DNA of 62,772 nucleotides, filler included, from Limisphaerales bacterium (GCA_044225505.1; 13 parts of 13 records of this genome joined end to end with filler, not necessarily neighbours in it), one strand, 5' to 3'. Counted from the whole stretch's first letter, positions 31,598 through 43,277 are shown. Notes: generated from the sequence alone by a model not told the origin. Program-made: numbers and translations.

Positions 31598-34500
31598 TTA
31601 TGGCCGTTGACCTGCCACCTTTTCCTTAGCCTCTGCTGCCTCGATTTCCTCCAGGGACGGCGCGATCCAGGCCTGCCACGGCGGACCGGCGAGGATCGCA
31701 TCCCCGTCGGCACTCCATTGGGCCATGTATAAAGTCGAGTCACTGCTAACCAAGGTCAGCAGTTCCTGCCGCGTGCCGACATCCCAGAGCCGGACGGCTT
31801 CCTCCCCGCGGTTGGAGGGAGAAAACAACCGACGTCCATCCGGGGAGAAAGCGCTGCGACTGGCGGACATCAGGTGTCCGCGGAGAGAGTCGAGCAACCT
31901 TCCCGTGGCGGGATCCAACAGCAGAACCCGACCATCCAACGGGGTCGCGCTCGCTAGCCCGCCGTCGGGCGAAACCGCCAATGCCGTGGTAAAAAATCCT
32001 CCCGGAATACGCAGGGGCGAGCGACCGGGACGGGCCAAATCGTAGAATCCGATTTCATTGCGGACTCTATGGCGGAAGGCAACGACCAGAACACTCCCCT
32101 TCGCCGCAAAGCAGGCATCACTAACGTCCTGGTTGATCGATGCCACGATCTTCCCAGATTCGACGTTCCAGACGCGCAGGGAATTCCACCAGACCGCTTC
32201 CTTCTTAGGCACAGCCGCCAGGTAATTTCCATCTTCACTGAAACGGAATGGAACCAGCTCCGGAACATCGCTCGCCAGTTCGATTGGAAGGCCAGGTGTC
32301 GCGAGACTGGCCAGGTAAACCGAAGCCGGCGAAGTGCGTTCGGTCCATGCCAGGAGCCGGCGCGCGGGGTTGTAGGTGAATCCGGTTGGGCGCAGGCCGG
32401 AATCCAGCGTGATGGCGCCGCGCTGAATGAACTCGGCGCCGTCTAATTCGCCGACGAGGATTTGGCCCCCCTTCGCGGAGCCCACGGCGGGCAGGCCGTT
32501 CCAGATGCAAAGAAGGTTGGCTCCAAAACAGCCCAGGACATTGGAGGAAGATCCAATCTTTGCCAGCGACACCGGAGGGGAGTCGCGCTTGAGATCCATT
32601 ACCTCGGGAGGATGGACTGGGGGCAGCAACAAGACGCGTGAATGGTCCAGCGGCTGGACGTCATTGGGCCCGAGACTCTCTGGCAGACGCCGGTAACCTT
32701 CCGCGGCCCGTATCCTATCTTTTGTCCACAACTTGAGGTCTCCGTCTTTGCTCACACTGGCGATGAGTTGCGCTGGCTCGGAGATCGCAACGGACCAAAC
32801 CTCGTCGGTGTGGCCGCGCAACTCCTGGGATTCGGCCCAGGCGCTGGTGTTCCAAAGGCGGATGGTTTGATCCAACGCTGCGGAGATCAAATGTCGCCCG
32901 TCTCGGGTAAACGCCAAATCGTAAACGCAGCCGGTGTGTCCGGCGAGCGGCTGCCCGATGAGGGGGTCGCCCGTTGCGGTATCCCAGATGTGAATCGTCG
33001 CATCTCTGAAGCCCGAAGCCGAAGCCAGCGTCCGCCCGTCCGGCGAGATGTCCAACGCGGTGAGCCCCCAACCAGTTTTCAGACCAGTCTGCCATTTGGT
33101 CTCCCAGAGTTTTTGGCCTGTGTCGAGGTCGATGCACTGGATGGCATAGCGATTATTCAGATAGTCAGAACGCGACAGATACAGACGCCGGTTGTCGGGC
33201 GAAAGCCGGGCGGCTCCGAAATGTTCATAGGCGTGATGGGTGCGACCGGCCGGTTGACGGTGCTCGACCTGGGAGGAGGACACATTCACCACCCAGACGG
33301 CGTCGTCGCCTTCGGGGTTGGATCCCGCGTAAATGACCAACCTAGAACCATCCTGCGAAAATGACAGGTCACGGACGTCCCATGCGGCATGGCCGGGCGA
33401 CCGCCAGAGGGACGATTCTCCACCAGAGTCGAGGTTATACAGAGTGACCACCATGTGTTCGGAGGTAGCCGCCAGAAGATTCCGCACCGGCGAAAACGCC
33501 ACTCGTCCCGGGTGGGGACGTTCGCGATCGGTCAGCGCTCGAACCCATCGCCGACGCGGGACATCCCACAAGTCCACGCGTCCGTCCCGCCAACCCACGG
33601 CCAGACTCTTGCCGTCTGATGAAAAGCGGACCAAGCATCCTTGCATCATCGGTCGGTTGGTGAGGGTGGCGAGTTCGCTACCGCGGGTCAGTTGCCAGAG
33701 ATAACGCCACTCCCATCCGCGGAGATCTTCCTCGCCGGGATGCGGCCGGTGCCTTTCCAGCAACTGGCGCGCCTTGCCGAGATTGTTCAGCTTGAGCGAT
33801 TGCTGAGCGAGATTCATGTCCGAGGCGTAGAGCAACCGCTGTGATCGCTGCGCTTGGGAGTCGGCACGGCGCTGCTCGTTCTCGGCTTGGGTCTGCGCAT
33901 GAACGGCAACAGTCCTAGCATGGTTTGCGATCACTGCCTGCCAGGTGCTGATGCCAATCCCCGCGACCAGCGCCACCGCCACAACTGCCCCGGCCGTGAA
34001 GACGACTTGGTTCCGCTGCCACGCTTTCTGAAACCTGTAGGCTGCGCTGGGCGGACGCGCGATGATCGGCTCGTTCGCCAGATGCCGCTGGACATCCATG
34101 GCGAGCCCATTGGCCGTTTCGTAGCGGCGTGTCCGATCCTTCTCCAGGCACTTCATCACGATCCAATCAAGATCGCCCTGGAGTTGATGCACAAGTTTGC
34201 TCACCTCGGTCTGACGGCGTTTTCCGGTGGTGGTGCGAGCCTCTCCCTGCAACGTGGTCAGCCTGGCCGAAGGCCGTAACGGTTCCTTCTCGCGAATGAT
34301 TTGTCGCAAGGCGTCAAGACCGCCCCGCATCATTTCCTTGGCATCAAACGGCGTCTGGCCCACCAGCAATTCATAGAGCAACACCCCCAGGCTGTAGATG
34401 TCCGCACGCGTATCAACGTCCAGCCCGCTCAACTCCGCCTGTTCCGGACTGATGTAGGCCGGCGTGCCAATGAACTGCTGAAAATTCGTGAACAAAGTCT

Positions 34501-35218
34501 TGTCCGTTAGCTCCTGCTGCGCGGCTTTCGCAATACCGAAATCGATCACCTTCGGCACTGGGACTCCGTCGTGCAGCGTCACGAGGACGTTTGAGGGCTT
34601 GATGTCCCGGTGGATGACGCCCTTCTGGTGCGCGTGCTGGATCGCCTGGCAAACGAGGATGAACAACTTCAGCCGGTCGCGGGTCGGAAGCTGGTTCTGA
34701 TCGCAATACTCGGTGATTTTGATGCCGCTCACCAGTTCCATGACGAAGTAGGGGCGGCCATTCTCCGTCACGCCGGCGTCGAAGATCCTGGCGATGTTCG
34801 CATGGTCCATCATTGCCAGCACCTGGCGTTCGGCTTCAAACCGGGCGACGATCTGCCGGCTATCCATGCCCAGCTTGATGATCTTGAGAGCGACGCGCCG
34901 TTTGACCGGCTCGCGTTGCTCCGCCATCCAAACTTCGCCGAAGCCGCCCTCGCCGATCTTCTCCAGCAGCTTATAGCGGCCAATCGTCTGGGCGGGGTCT
35001 TCCGAGGCTCGAGCTTCGACCATTCCAGGCCGTTCCGCCTCCAGCGCGGATCCGGCGAGGAGGCTGTCGTTGGAAAAATGTTCCCTCAGCAACTCCTCGA
35101 CCTTGCACCGGAGCGCGACATCCTCGCGGCAGACTCGTTGCAAGTAAGCCGCACGCGACTCGGGCGTTGGCAGCTCCAGAGCTTCAAAGAAGATTTCGCG
35201 CTTGCTCAGAGGTTTCAT
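31598..35218 (-). CDS. Ser/Thr kinase-TM-WD40 protein
   Basis: GEGGFGEV, HRDIKPSN, DFGIAK, one TM, RGWEWRYLW and WD40 repeats. Confidence 0.93.
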   Translation of the reverse strand: MKPLSKREIFFEALELPTPESRAAYLQRVCREDVALRCKVEELLREHFSNDSLLAGSALEAERPGMVEARASEDPAQTIGRYKLLEKIGEGGFGEVWMAEQREPVKRRVALKIIKLGMDSRQIVARFEAERQVLAMMDHANIARIFDAGVTENGRPYFVMELVSGIKITEYCDQNQLPTRDRLKLFILVCQAIQHAHQKGVIHRDIKPSNVLVTLHDGVPVPKVIDFGIAKAAQQELTDKTLFTNFQQFIGTPAYISPEQAELSGLDVDTRADIYSLGVLLYELLVGQTPFDAKEMMRGGLDALRQIIREKEPLRPSARLTTLQGEARTTTGKRRQTEVSKLVHQLQGDLDWIVMKCLEKDRTRRYETANGLAMDVQRHLANEPIIARPPSAAYRFQKAWQRNQVVFTAGAVVAVALVAGIGISTWQAVIANHARTVAVHAQTQAENEQRRADSQAQRSQRLLYASDMNLAQQSLKLNNLGKARQLLERHRPHPGEEDLRGWEWRYLWQLTRGSELATLTNRPMMQGCLVRFSSDGKSLAVGWRDGRVDLWDVPRRRWVRALTDRERPHPGRVAFSPVRNLLAATSEHMVVTLYNLDSGGESSLWRSPGHAAWDVRDLSFSQDGSRLVIYAGSNPEGDDAVWVVNVSSSQVEHRQPAGRTHHAYEHFGAARLSPDNRRLYLSRSDYLNNRYAIQCIDLDTGQKLWETKWQTGLKTGWGLTALDISPDGRTLASASGFRDATIHIWDTATGDPLIGQPLAGHTGCVYDLAFTRDGRHLISAALDQTIRLWNTSAWAESQELRGHTDEVWSVAISEPAQLIASVSKDGDLKLWTKDRIRAAEGYRRLPESLGPNDVQPLDHSRVLLLPPVHPPEVMDLKRDSPPVSLAKIGSSSNVLGCFGANLLCIWNGLPAVGSAKGGQILVGELDGAEFIQRGAITLDSGLRPTGFTYNPARRLLAWTERTSPASVYLASLATPGLPIELASDVPELVPFRFSEDGNYLAAVPKKEAVWWNSLRVWNVESGKIVASINQDVSDACFAAKGSVLVVAFRHRVRNEIGFYDLARPGRSPLRIPGGFFTTALAVSPDGGLASATPLDGRVLLLDPATGRLLDSLRGHLMSASRSAFSPDGRRLFSPSNRGEEAVRLWDVGTRQELLTLVSSDSTLYMAQWSADGDAILAGPPWQAWIAPSLEEIEAAEAKEKVAGQRP

Positions 35219-35328
35219 CGTGACGGGCTCGATCAAAGCAGTTCACCAACCTCCAAGCCAAGGCGAGATCCGGGGCGAAATCATGCCATAAAACCAGGAG
35301 AACCTTCACGCCGCGCGATAGTCGACCA

Positions 35329-35682
35329 TCAACGGAGCGGTCCACCGTTGGACAACAAGCCGCGAAGCGTGCTCTTTAAGCACGCCCGGGCAAAGGTCCA
35401 ATGCCGGGCCACAGTCCGGGGCGACAAGTCAAGCGCATCCGCAATTTCCGGTACGGTCATGCCGACGAAGTAGCGCATCCGGACCACTTCGGCTGCCTCC
35501 GGATCCTCTCGCGCCAGCTCTGCCAGCGCTTCATCGACGGCCAGCAATTCCTCCGACGGCACGGCCACGGCGATGCGGGACTCGTGCAGTTCCTCCGCGG
35601 CCTGGTTAGCGCCGTGTTTCAGTCGCTGCTTGCGCCGGGCGATGTCGATAAGAATCTGCTGCATCGCGGTGGCGGCGGCCTT
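35329..35682 (-). CDS. ECF sigma factor, TIGR02999-type (5'-truncated)
   Basis: AAATAMQQILIDIARRK, VDEAL, RYFVGMT and RHWTFARA. Confidence 0.88.
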   Translation of the reverse strand, partial: KAAATAMQQILIDIARRKQRLKHGANQAAEELHESRIAVAVPSEELLAVDEALAELAREDPEAAEVVRMRYFVGMTVPEIADALDLSPRTVARHWTFARACLKSTLRGLLSNGGPLR

Positions 35683-35999
35683 NNNNNNNNNNNNNNNNNN
35701 NNNNNNNNNNNNNNNNNNNNNNNNNNTTAATTAATTAANNNNNNNNNNNNNNNNNNNNNNNNNNNNNNNNNNNNNNNNNNNNTACCGGGTCCACAGCCGT
35801 GGGGCTCGATTTTCCTCTTTCTCCGGCAGGAGAAATATCTCAGCGCGGCGGAGGTGAAGCTGGTCGGCTAATACGACGCACAAACAACCAGCAGCCCTCG
35901 GTTGCGGCTGAGCCGCGCTGAGCCTTGGTGCCTCCGTGAGAGCCATCCTTTTTCATCGAACCATCCTGATTCAAGCGATACCAACCCGAACGGTTCGGA

Positions 36000-36605
36000 G
36001 GCAATGGGGTCGCGTTTCAACAGTCGACAGACACGGTGTGAGCTTCCTCATAAAGCGGCCTCGTTCGGGATCGCCGACCAGGGTGATATGTCGCACATAC
36101 CAGGAGCAAATTGCTCCTGGATTCGGTGGCGCCGTCGCGACGCGCGATTGGGACGATCCCGCCGTTCCTCGACCGACAGCTTTGGCTGGATGTGATGGTT
36201 CGCGGTGGGGGGATGCAGAGCGGACGAAGGTGCGGAAGGATTAGGAGAACGATGACGAGGAGGATTACGATTACGATTAAGATTACGATTACGATTAAGA
36301 TTACGATTAAGAGGGAAAGACCAAGACGGAAGCTGTTGGTATATAGCGAGATGCAAGGCCACCGGCTCACCTCGAGGGAAAAGCGCCAGAGGTCTGGCGC
36401 ACTCCAAGACGCTGGCGCGCAAGGACTAAGGTTCCTTTGAAACTCGTTTACCGCACCATCGCAGTTGATGCCGTCTGCAAGTTGGTAACAATTTGTTGTC
36501 GGAGTGTGCAACAAATCGATCAATGGACGCATGGTTTGGGAACGGACCGTTCCCAAACCGAGGATCAGGCGGAGACAAAAAGTCACCAGATTGTGGTCGC
36601 GCCAC
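36000..36605 (+). repeat. Composite dispersed repeat, copy B
   Basis: Collinear with 6457-7445 but lacks two internal blocks; mixed GATTAC/GATTAA array at ~36262-36310. Confidence 0.85.
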
Positions 36606-37150
36606 CTCGATGGCCGATTCCTGGCGAGCGTAAGGCCGCCGGAACGAGAGGGGTTGCCCGGGCTTTGCTGTCTCCATGTTTCATTCGTGCCATTCATCCG
36701 GCTGCGGCCAAGTGACGGCAAGAATTGCCAAACGCCCCTGTAAACGCCTGAAGCAGCGCCTGTTCCCCTCGGATCAGCAATGGCTGATTGGCCGATGCGC
36801 TGCTCGGGTTCCCTTCGTCTTGGGCTCGTCTTGTGGAGGCTACGGAGAAAAGCTGTGGAGGGCCACAGCACTCCAAGACCTCGCGGAGAATCGCGCGCGC
36901 AATCGAGATTGGGAAAGCGTCTTTGGGCCTTTGAATGTTGCCGTGCGTGCAGCGAGAGTAGTTTTAAGGAGGCCTTCGCGAGTTTCGTCGGCTTCAGTTC
37001 AAGAGCTCCGCCTGTCTCTTGTTATGCAACGGCGTTCAATTCAGGTTTCTTGGGCACCCTCACCGTCAAATGTTGCACACGATGGGAACAATTGGTCTCG
37101 CCGTGTGCGACATTTCACCCAGAACCCGCGTCCGGCGCGGTCCGGCCGTA

Positions 37151-37939
37151 TCACAGCTTCCCTTCGCTCAACAACCGAATCGACACTTCAACTGGCGTCC
37201 CCACCGGGGGCACCACGGACGGGTTCGGTTGCCAGATGTCATCGCTCTCTCGCCCAGGACGCGGATTGTTTATCAACGCGTCCGGGTCCGAGATAATCGC
37301 GATGAGCGATCCGTCGCGCTGGGCGAGGAAGGTCCCATCGACCACTCGCGATCCGCTGTAGATCCATGGCCCTGGCGTCATTGGCGCCTTAAGCAAGATG
37401 TTCCAAACCAGATTCTCGAGCGGCGCCTGTTTTTTTCCCTCCGTCGTCGTCCATTGAACCTCAATGCTCACTTTCGGCCCGAGCAATTCGCGCGGCCCAG
37501 CGGCCGTTTGATTGGTGCGATTCGGATCGGCCGTCCCGAGCAGCAGCTTTGCCAGATGAATGTGAGCGGGATCCACGTCGGTCTTGAGGACACTCTCATG
37601 CACTTTGCCCGAGGCATGCACAAGCGCGTACTCCACCGCGCCTTCGGCCATGTTCACTTGCGCGGGAAAAGTGATGGTCCGCGACTGTTTGTCGAACCGC
37701 ACGGATCCAATCTGGTAAAGGTTGGAGCTGAGCTGACGGAAGGGTGCGTTGGTTAACTGCGCGGGAAGTGCGGCGGGCGCGAGCGCCCCATTGGGCGGCG
37801 CCGGCTCTGGATAAGGCCCGGCTGCCTTCGATATCAACGCTGTGACAAGCAGAGCGATCAAGCAGGACAGCACGAAATACCAGACGGAGCGCTTCCCTAT
37901 GCGTCCCCTGCTCTTCGTCGCCGAACGATCGGAGCTCAT
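37151..37939 (-). CDS. YdjY-domain membrane-anchored protein
   Basis: TM followed by VEYALV..GKVHESVL, WIYSGSR and PPVGTPV. Confidence 0.7.
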   Translation of the reverse strand: MSSDRSATKSRGRIGKRSVWYFVLSCLIALLVTALISKAAGPYPEPAPPNGALAPAALPAQLTNAPFRQLSSNLYQIGSVRFDKQSRTITFPAQVNMAEGAVEYALVHASGKVHESVLKTDVDPAHIHLAKLLLGTADPNRTNQTAAGPRELLGPKVSIEVQWTTTEGKKQAPLENLVWNILLKAPMTPGPWIYSGSRVVDGTFLAQRDGSLIAIISDPDALINNPRPGRESDDIWQPNPSVVPPVGTPVEVSIRLLSEGKL

Positions 37940-38020
37940 AGATTCAGTAAAGGACGCGCTGCGGCGCATCCTTTACCTCGCTGGTAGAACTTGTGAGCTA
38001 GACGAGTAGGCTCGTCCGAA

Positions 38021-39232
38021 TCAGCCGAGCTTGGGCTCGGATCCGTCGAGCATCTTCACCTTGTTATGGACGAAGTATTCTTTCGTCAGCGCTTTGGTCA
38101 GGGCCGCGCGTTGATCGTAAAGCCGGCGGAGCTTGCGCGCTTTGCGTTTTGCCAGGGCATAGTGCGTAAAGATCGGCATGGCAATGGTCGTGTCGGTGTA
38201 ACACACGACGGCGTCCGGCAATTTGGTCGGATCGACCTTGCCCCAACTCACCGCTTCGCCCGGGGTCGCCCCTGACAAACCGCCTGTGTCCGGGCGCGCA
38301 TCGGTCACTTGCAGGAAGAAGTCTTGCCCGACTTCTTTGATGCGAAGCACTTCCTGGATCTGCGGTTCGGTCTGAAGCATGAAATTCTTCGGACTACCAC
38401 CGCCCCAGAGGACGACGCCGCTCTTGCCCCCCGAGCGTTTGGCCGCGAGCACAAAAGCCGTCGTTTCATTCACGTCGATCGACGGATTCATGCGCAGCTT
38501 GTTGCCGCGCAGTTCGACTCCGGCCACGTTCATGCCGATCGTGGAATCGCCAGGAGACGAGGTGTAGCACGGCACGCCCGCCCGATAGGCCGCGGCCAGC
38601 ACCGAGACGTCCTTCAACTTGTTCTTTCGTTCCCATTCCGCGCAATATTTGCCCAGAAGATAATGGAGCTCAGCGGTGCCCATTTCCTTTTGAAACTCGG
38701 GCTGGACCAGAATGTCGCGCAGGATTTCATCGGTCGCCATCAGACCGTCGCTGTAAGGAATCAGCACGTCGTAAACGCGGACCAGGTCGTTATCGCGAAG
38801 GTCGGTATCGTCAAACTTAAAGCTCCCTGCATGCACCGGGAAATTCAGCGCGAAGTGCATGTCGTGGTAAAGATTCGCTCCCGTGGAAACGATCCAGTCC
38901 ACGAATCCCGATTTGATCAACGGGATGATGCAAGAGCAGCCCATGCCAGCCGGGGTGAGCGCGCCGGAGATACTCATGCCGATCGTCACGTCGGGCTCGA
39001 GCATTTTGTCAGCAAACAGCTGGCAGCCTTCTTTCAAGCGCGCCGAGTTGTAGGCCAGGAACACGTTGTCGACGATATCCACCAACTTGTCCTTGCCCGT
39101 CAGATTTCGCGGCATGATCCGCGGCCCGGACATGTACTTGGCTTTGTGCGGACAACGCTTCTCCTTCATCCAATCCGGCATTTCGGAGACATCTTCCCGT
39201 GAAAGAATACGCGATCGTTCAGTTCTAGCCAT
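38021..39232 (-). CDS. Deoxyhypusine synthase-like (putative homospermidine synthase)
   Basis: [42 protein letters not shown]. Confidence 0.9.
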   Translation of the reverse strand: MARTERSRILSREDVSEMPDWMKEKRCPHKAKYMSGPRIMPRNLTGKDKLVDIVDNVFLAYNSARLKEGCQLFADKMLEPDVTIGMSISGALTPAGMGCSCIIPLIKSGFVDWIVSTGANLYHDMHFALNFPVHAGSFKFDDTDLRDNDLVRVYDVLIPYSDGLMATDEILRDILVQPEFQKEMGTAELHYLLGKYCAEWERKNKLKDVSVLAAAYRAGVPCYTSSPGDSTIGMNVAGVELRGNKLRMNPSIDVNETTAFVLAAKRSGGKSGVVLWGGGSPKNFMLQTEPQIQEVLRIKEVGQDFFLQVTDARPDTGGLSGATPGEAVSWGKVDPTKLPDAVVCYTDTTIAMPIFTHYALAKRKARKLRRLYDQRAALTKALTKEYFVHNKVKMLDGSEPKLG

Positions 39233-39392
39233 AGTCAATAATACAGTCAGAGTTAGTAGCCAGTCACAATACGGACCTGCGCCTCGTTGCCAATGCCAAA
39301 TTTATCGGGCGCTCTCAGCCAATCGGCCGTTCTCCCGGTTTCATGGCCGGTGTTGAACTGGATCTCTGAAACTCCTATCTTCCCGCCCAGCT

Positions 39393-40274
39393 ATGGCGAA
39401 AAAGAACAACGGATCCGAGAAACCGAGCGCAATGTCCGGGTTTACGATGCCCGCGGAGTGGGCCCCGCACGAGGCCACGTGGCTGGGCTGGCCGCACGAG
39501 TCCAGCGATTGGCCTGGCAAACTCCCCGCCATCCGCTGGGTCTACGGAGAAATGATCCGCAAACTCTCGGAAGGCGAGCGCATCCGGCTTTGCGTCAACT
39601 CCGCCAGCGACGCCCAGACCGCCCGCACCGTCATCCGCGCCGCGGGCGCCGACCTCAAGCAAATCGATTTCCTCCCCTTCCCCACCAATCGCGGTTGGAT
39701 GCGCGACAGCGGTCCCATCTTCGTCCGCCATCGTCAGAAGGGGAAACAGATCGTTCATTTCCACTTCAACGCCTGGGCTCGCTACAAAAACTGGCAGAAA
39801 GACCGAGTCATCCCGGAACTCGCGGCGAAACGCTTCAAAACCCCGCTCATCCACGCTCGCCTGGGCGATCGTAACATCGTTCTGGAAGGTGGCGGCATCG
39901 AAGTCAACGGCAGCGGGACGGTCTTGACCACCGAAGAATGCTATCTCGACCCCAAAACGCAGGTCCGCAATCCAGGTCTATCGAAACCGGACTTTGAGCA
40001 AGCATTGAAACAATTCCTGGGAGTTACTCATGTGCTCTGGCTCGGACACGGCATCACGGGCGACGATACCCACGGCCATATCGATGACCTGGCGCGCTTC
40101 GTCAATCGGAACACCCTCGTTGTGATTCGAGAGAAGAATCGTAAGGATATCAATTACAAGCCGCTCGAGGAAAACTGGGAACGGGCCCAGGGGCTGCGTC
40201 TCGAAGACGAGTCGAAAATCAACCTCGTCGAGCTCCCCATGCCCGCACCTTTGCTTTTCGACGGATTCCGACTC
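39393..40274 (+). CDS. aguA: Agmatine deiminase (3'-truncated)
   Basis: MPAEWAPH, WMRDSGP, LEGGGI, TTEEC and DDTHGHIDD. Confidence 0.9.
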
Positions 40275-40374
40275 NNNNNNNNNNNNNNNNNNNNNNNNNN
40301 NNNNNNNNNNNNNNNNNNTTAATTAATTAANNNNNNNNNNNNNNNNNNNNNNNNNNNNNNNNNNNNNNNNNNNN

Positions 40375-41685
40375 AAGCGCGTAGATTTTGCTCGGCGGAC
40401 CTGCCATCACCGGCTCGTTGTGCAGGTGACGCTGGAGATCTAGGGCCAGCCCATTGGCCGTCTCGTAGCGCCGACTCGGGTCCTTCTCCAGGCATTTCAT
40501 CACGACCCAGTCCAGGTCGCCCTTGAGCAGGTGGATCCGCTGCTGGAGCCTCCGACGTGAGGAGGCAGATTCTCCTTCGGGTTGCGGATCTCCTATGGGT
40601 GGCCGCCGAGGTGAGGAGGCGGATTTCGCATCTCCACCTTCAGGTTCCGGATTTCGGCCCTCGGGTTTGGACCCGGCGTCTCCGAGCATCGCGCGCAGCC
40701 GAGTGCTCGGTCGCACTGGATCTCGCTTCCGGATGATACGCCGCATTTCATCCCAGCCGGACTCCAAGAGTTCCTTGCTATCAAAAGGCGTGCAACCCGT
40801 CAGCAATTCGTAAAGCAAGACCCCCAAGCTGTAGATGTCGGAACGGGTGTCGACGTTCAGCCCAGTCAATTCCGCCTGCTCCGGGCTCATATAAGCTGGC
40901 GTTCCGATGAGTTGGTGCAATTGCGTATGGACCGTTCCGTCAGTGAGGCCACGTTCGGTGGCCTTGGCGATCCCGAAGTCGATCACTTTGGGCACGGGCA
41001 CACCGTCCTGGACGACCACCAGGATGTTCGAGGGCTTGAGGTCCCGATGAATCACTCCCTTCTGGTGGGCGTGTTGGACCGCACGGCAGACACTCATGAA
41101 CAGGGCGAGCCGCTGCGGGATGTCCAGGCGTTCCCGGTCACAGTACTCGGTGATGCGGGTGCCCGGGACCAGCTCCATGACAAAGTAAGGCCGGTCCGCG
41201 TTGGTCGAGCCTGCGTCCAGAACCTTGGCGATGTTCGGATGGTCCATCAAGGCCAGCGCCTGGCGTTCGGTATTGAACCGGGCGATCACCTCCCGGGTGT
41301 CCATGCCCGCTTTGATGACCTTGAGGGCCACCCGGCGCCGGACCGGTTGGGTCTGTTCAGCTACGTAAACCGTCCCAAAGCCGCCCTCGCCCAGTTTCTC
41401 GAGCAGCCGATAGCGACCGATGGCCTCGTTGCCATAACCGACCACCGCCGTGTTCGGCCCCGGCAAGGTTGGCTGTGGCACGGATTCGTAACCCTGCAAC
41501 CCAGGCTGGGGCGCGCGGAAAAACTCCGCCGCGGGGGCGTCAGACTCCAACATCTCCTCGATCCGCTTGCGCAAACGGTCGTCCCCGGCACATTCACGGG
41601 CCAGGTAAGCGGCCCGGGCGGCCGCCGACTCCAACTCACTGGCGGCGTTGAAGAGGGCCTCTTCCCGCTGGAAATCTGGCGTCAT
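40375..41685 (-). CDS. Ser/Thr protein kinase (3'-truncated)
   Basis: [22 protein letters not shown] and GDLDWVVMKCLEKD. Confidence 0.92.
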
Positions 41686-41704
41686 ACGGGCGAAGCGGGC
41701 AAGG

Positions 41705-42283
41705 CTAACTTGCTGGCGAGGCTTCTTCGTCTTGAGATCGAATGCTGCGGTAGAGCCAAACCCGGGCAAAGTTCCAATGCCGGCGCACCGTCTTTTCCGA
41801 AAGCTTGAGCACCTGTGCCGTCTCTTGGTGGGTGAGGCCGGCGAAATAGTGGAGCTTGACGACCTCCGCCTTGACTGGGTCTTCCGCCGCCAGCTTGTGC
41901 AGGGCTTCGTGCACGAGCAGGACCTTTTCGTCGTCGCTCTCGGCCGCGATCTCGACAACGTCGATGTCCAGGCGTTGGAACTGGCCACCGTGCTTGGCGC
42001 GTTTTTTGCGCCGGGCGCGGTCCACCAGGATATGCCGCATGGCTTCGGCTGCGGCGGCGAAGAAATGGCCCCGGCTATCCCACGAATGATCACCGGAACC
42101 AACCAGCCGCAGATAGGCTTCATGGACCAAGGCGGTGGCTTGGAGGGTTTGCCCTGCGGCTTGCGAGGCCATCTTGTTGGCGGCCAGGCGGCGCAGTTCG
42201 TGGTAAACCAGCGGCAGCAGCTCTTCGGCGGCCTTTGGGTCGCCCTGCTCAATGGCCGTTAGAATCTGAGTTACGTCACTCAT
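41705..42283 (-). CDS. ECF sigma factor, TIGR02999-type
   Basis: MSDVTQIL, LLPLVYHELRRLA, TLQATALVHEAYLRL and FFAAAAEAMR. Confidence 0.93.
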   Translation of the reverse strand: MSDVTQILTAIEQGDPKAAEELLPLVYHELRRLAANKMASQAAGQTLQATALVHEAYLRLVGSGDHSWDSRGHFFAAAAEAMRHILVDRARRKKRAKHGGQFQRLDIDVVEIAAESDDEKVLLVHEALHKLAAEDPVKAEVVKLHYFAGLTHQETAQVLKLSEKTVRRHWNFARVWLYRSIRSQDEEASPAS

Positions 42284-42488
42284 GCGTCGAGGCGGGCATG
42301 TGGCCGTCAGGCTAGACGGACACTGTCCGAACCTCGGCGCCACCGTCAACTTCATTCGCGCCCACGGCCGCTTTGGACAAAAAGGCGAAGCCGCCCTTTC
42401 AGTCGGTCTGAAAGAGCGGAACCCGGCGAAAGAACCTAGTCGCATGAAGCGCGTCGCCTCGATCGATGAGTCTTCCGGAATGCCCCGG

Positions 42489-43277
42489 TCACTTCAGCTT
42501 CGAGAATTCCGGGTGGAGCGTGTCATGATGAATCTCCAACCGGCGTGTGGCTTGTCTCAGGGCGTCGAGAGTTTCCTTGCCCTTGGGATCCTTGTCCCGC
42601 AGTTCGGCGCGTTTGGCGTAGTGGGTGTAGTAGTCGAGCACATCCTTGGCCGGTGAAATAAGGGCGATGGCCGGCGCGTCCGGACCGAACTTGAGTTTGA
42701 GGACGAGCCTCGGGACAGTGAATCCCGCCTTAACGTCCACTTCGTTGAGGGCCTTCAGCGCCTCGACGAAAGCCCCTTCCTTGTCCCGCTTCAAATGAAA
42801 GATGCGAATCATCCGGAAAGGTTGCTCCCAAGAATCACTCCCGGCCGGCTGGTAGGCTAGATCGGGCTGGTTTTCCCAGACAGTGGTGTCTAGGGCCGCG
42901 AACGACTGATGCCACACCGGGAAAAGGTTGGGTAAGTTCAATGACTGGTACTTTTCGACCTCAGTCTGGAATTCTTTCTCGTTTCGTTCGAACTCGGACA
43001 GGTCCTTGGCAAAATCGACAAATATCGCCTTGCCCGAATCGTCCGTATGGAACTCGGTGCGGTGCGACGCCGGAAAGTTTTCCTTCACAAACGGCGTCCA
43101 CTTTTCCATGAGGCTGTTGAGGGCCGGGCGGTCGGTGACATCCCCGGTCATGACTCGCACGAACTTGAACGGCACCGCGTCGGCAGCATGACTGGCCGTG
43201 CCGAGCGAACTCAGGAGGAGGAGAGGCAGGAGGAATCGCAGTGATGGCCGCGGCCTGTGAGCGTTGAGTTGATTCAT
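42489..43277 (-). CDS. Exported hypothetical protein
   Basis: Signal peptide ending SHA-AD; long ORF with protein-like composition. Confidence 0.7.
   Translation of the reverse strand: MNQLNAHRPRPSLRFLLPLLLLSSLGTASHAADAVPFKFVRVMTGDVTDRPALNSLMEKWTPFVKENFPASHRTEFHTDDSGKAIFVDFAKDLSEFERNEKEFQTEVEKYQSLNLPNLFPVWHQSFAALDTTVWENQPDLAYQPAGSDSWEQPFRMIRIFHLKRDKEGAFVEALKALNEVDVKAGFTVPRLVLKLKFGPDAPAIALISPAKDVLDYYTHYAKRAELRDKDPKGKETLDALRQATRRLEIHHDTLHPEFSKLK

Noticed and set aside
41686..42252. N-terminal extension of the 641-aa kinase ORF, as a sigma-kinase fusion
   Set aside because: It is an alternative frame over the ECF sigma gene. The kinase starts at 41685.
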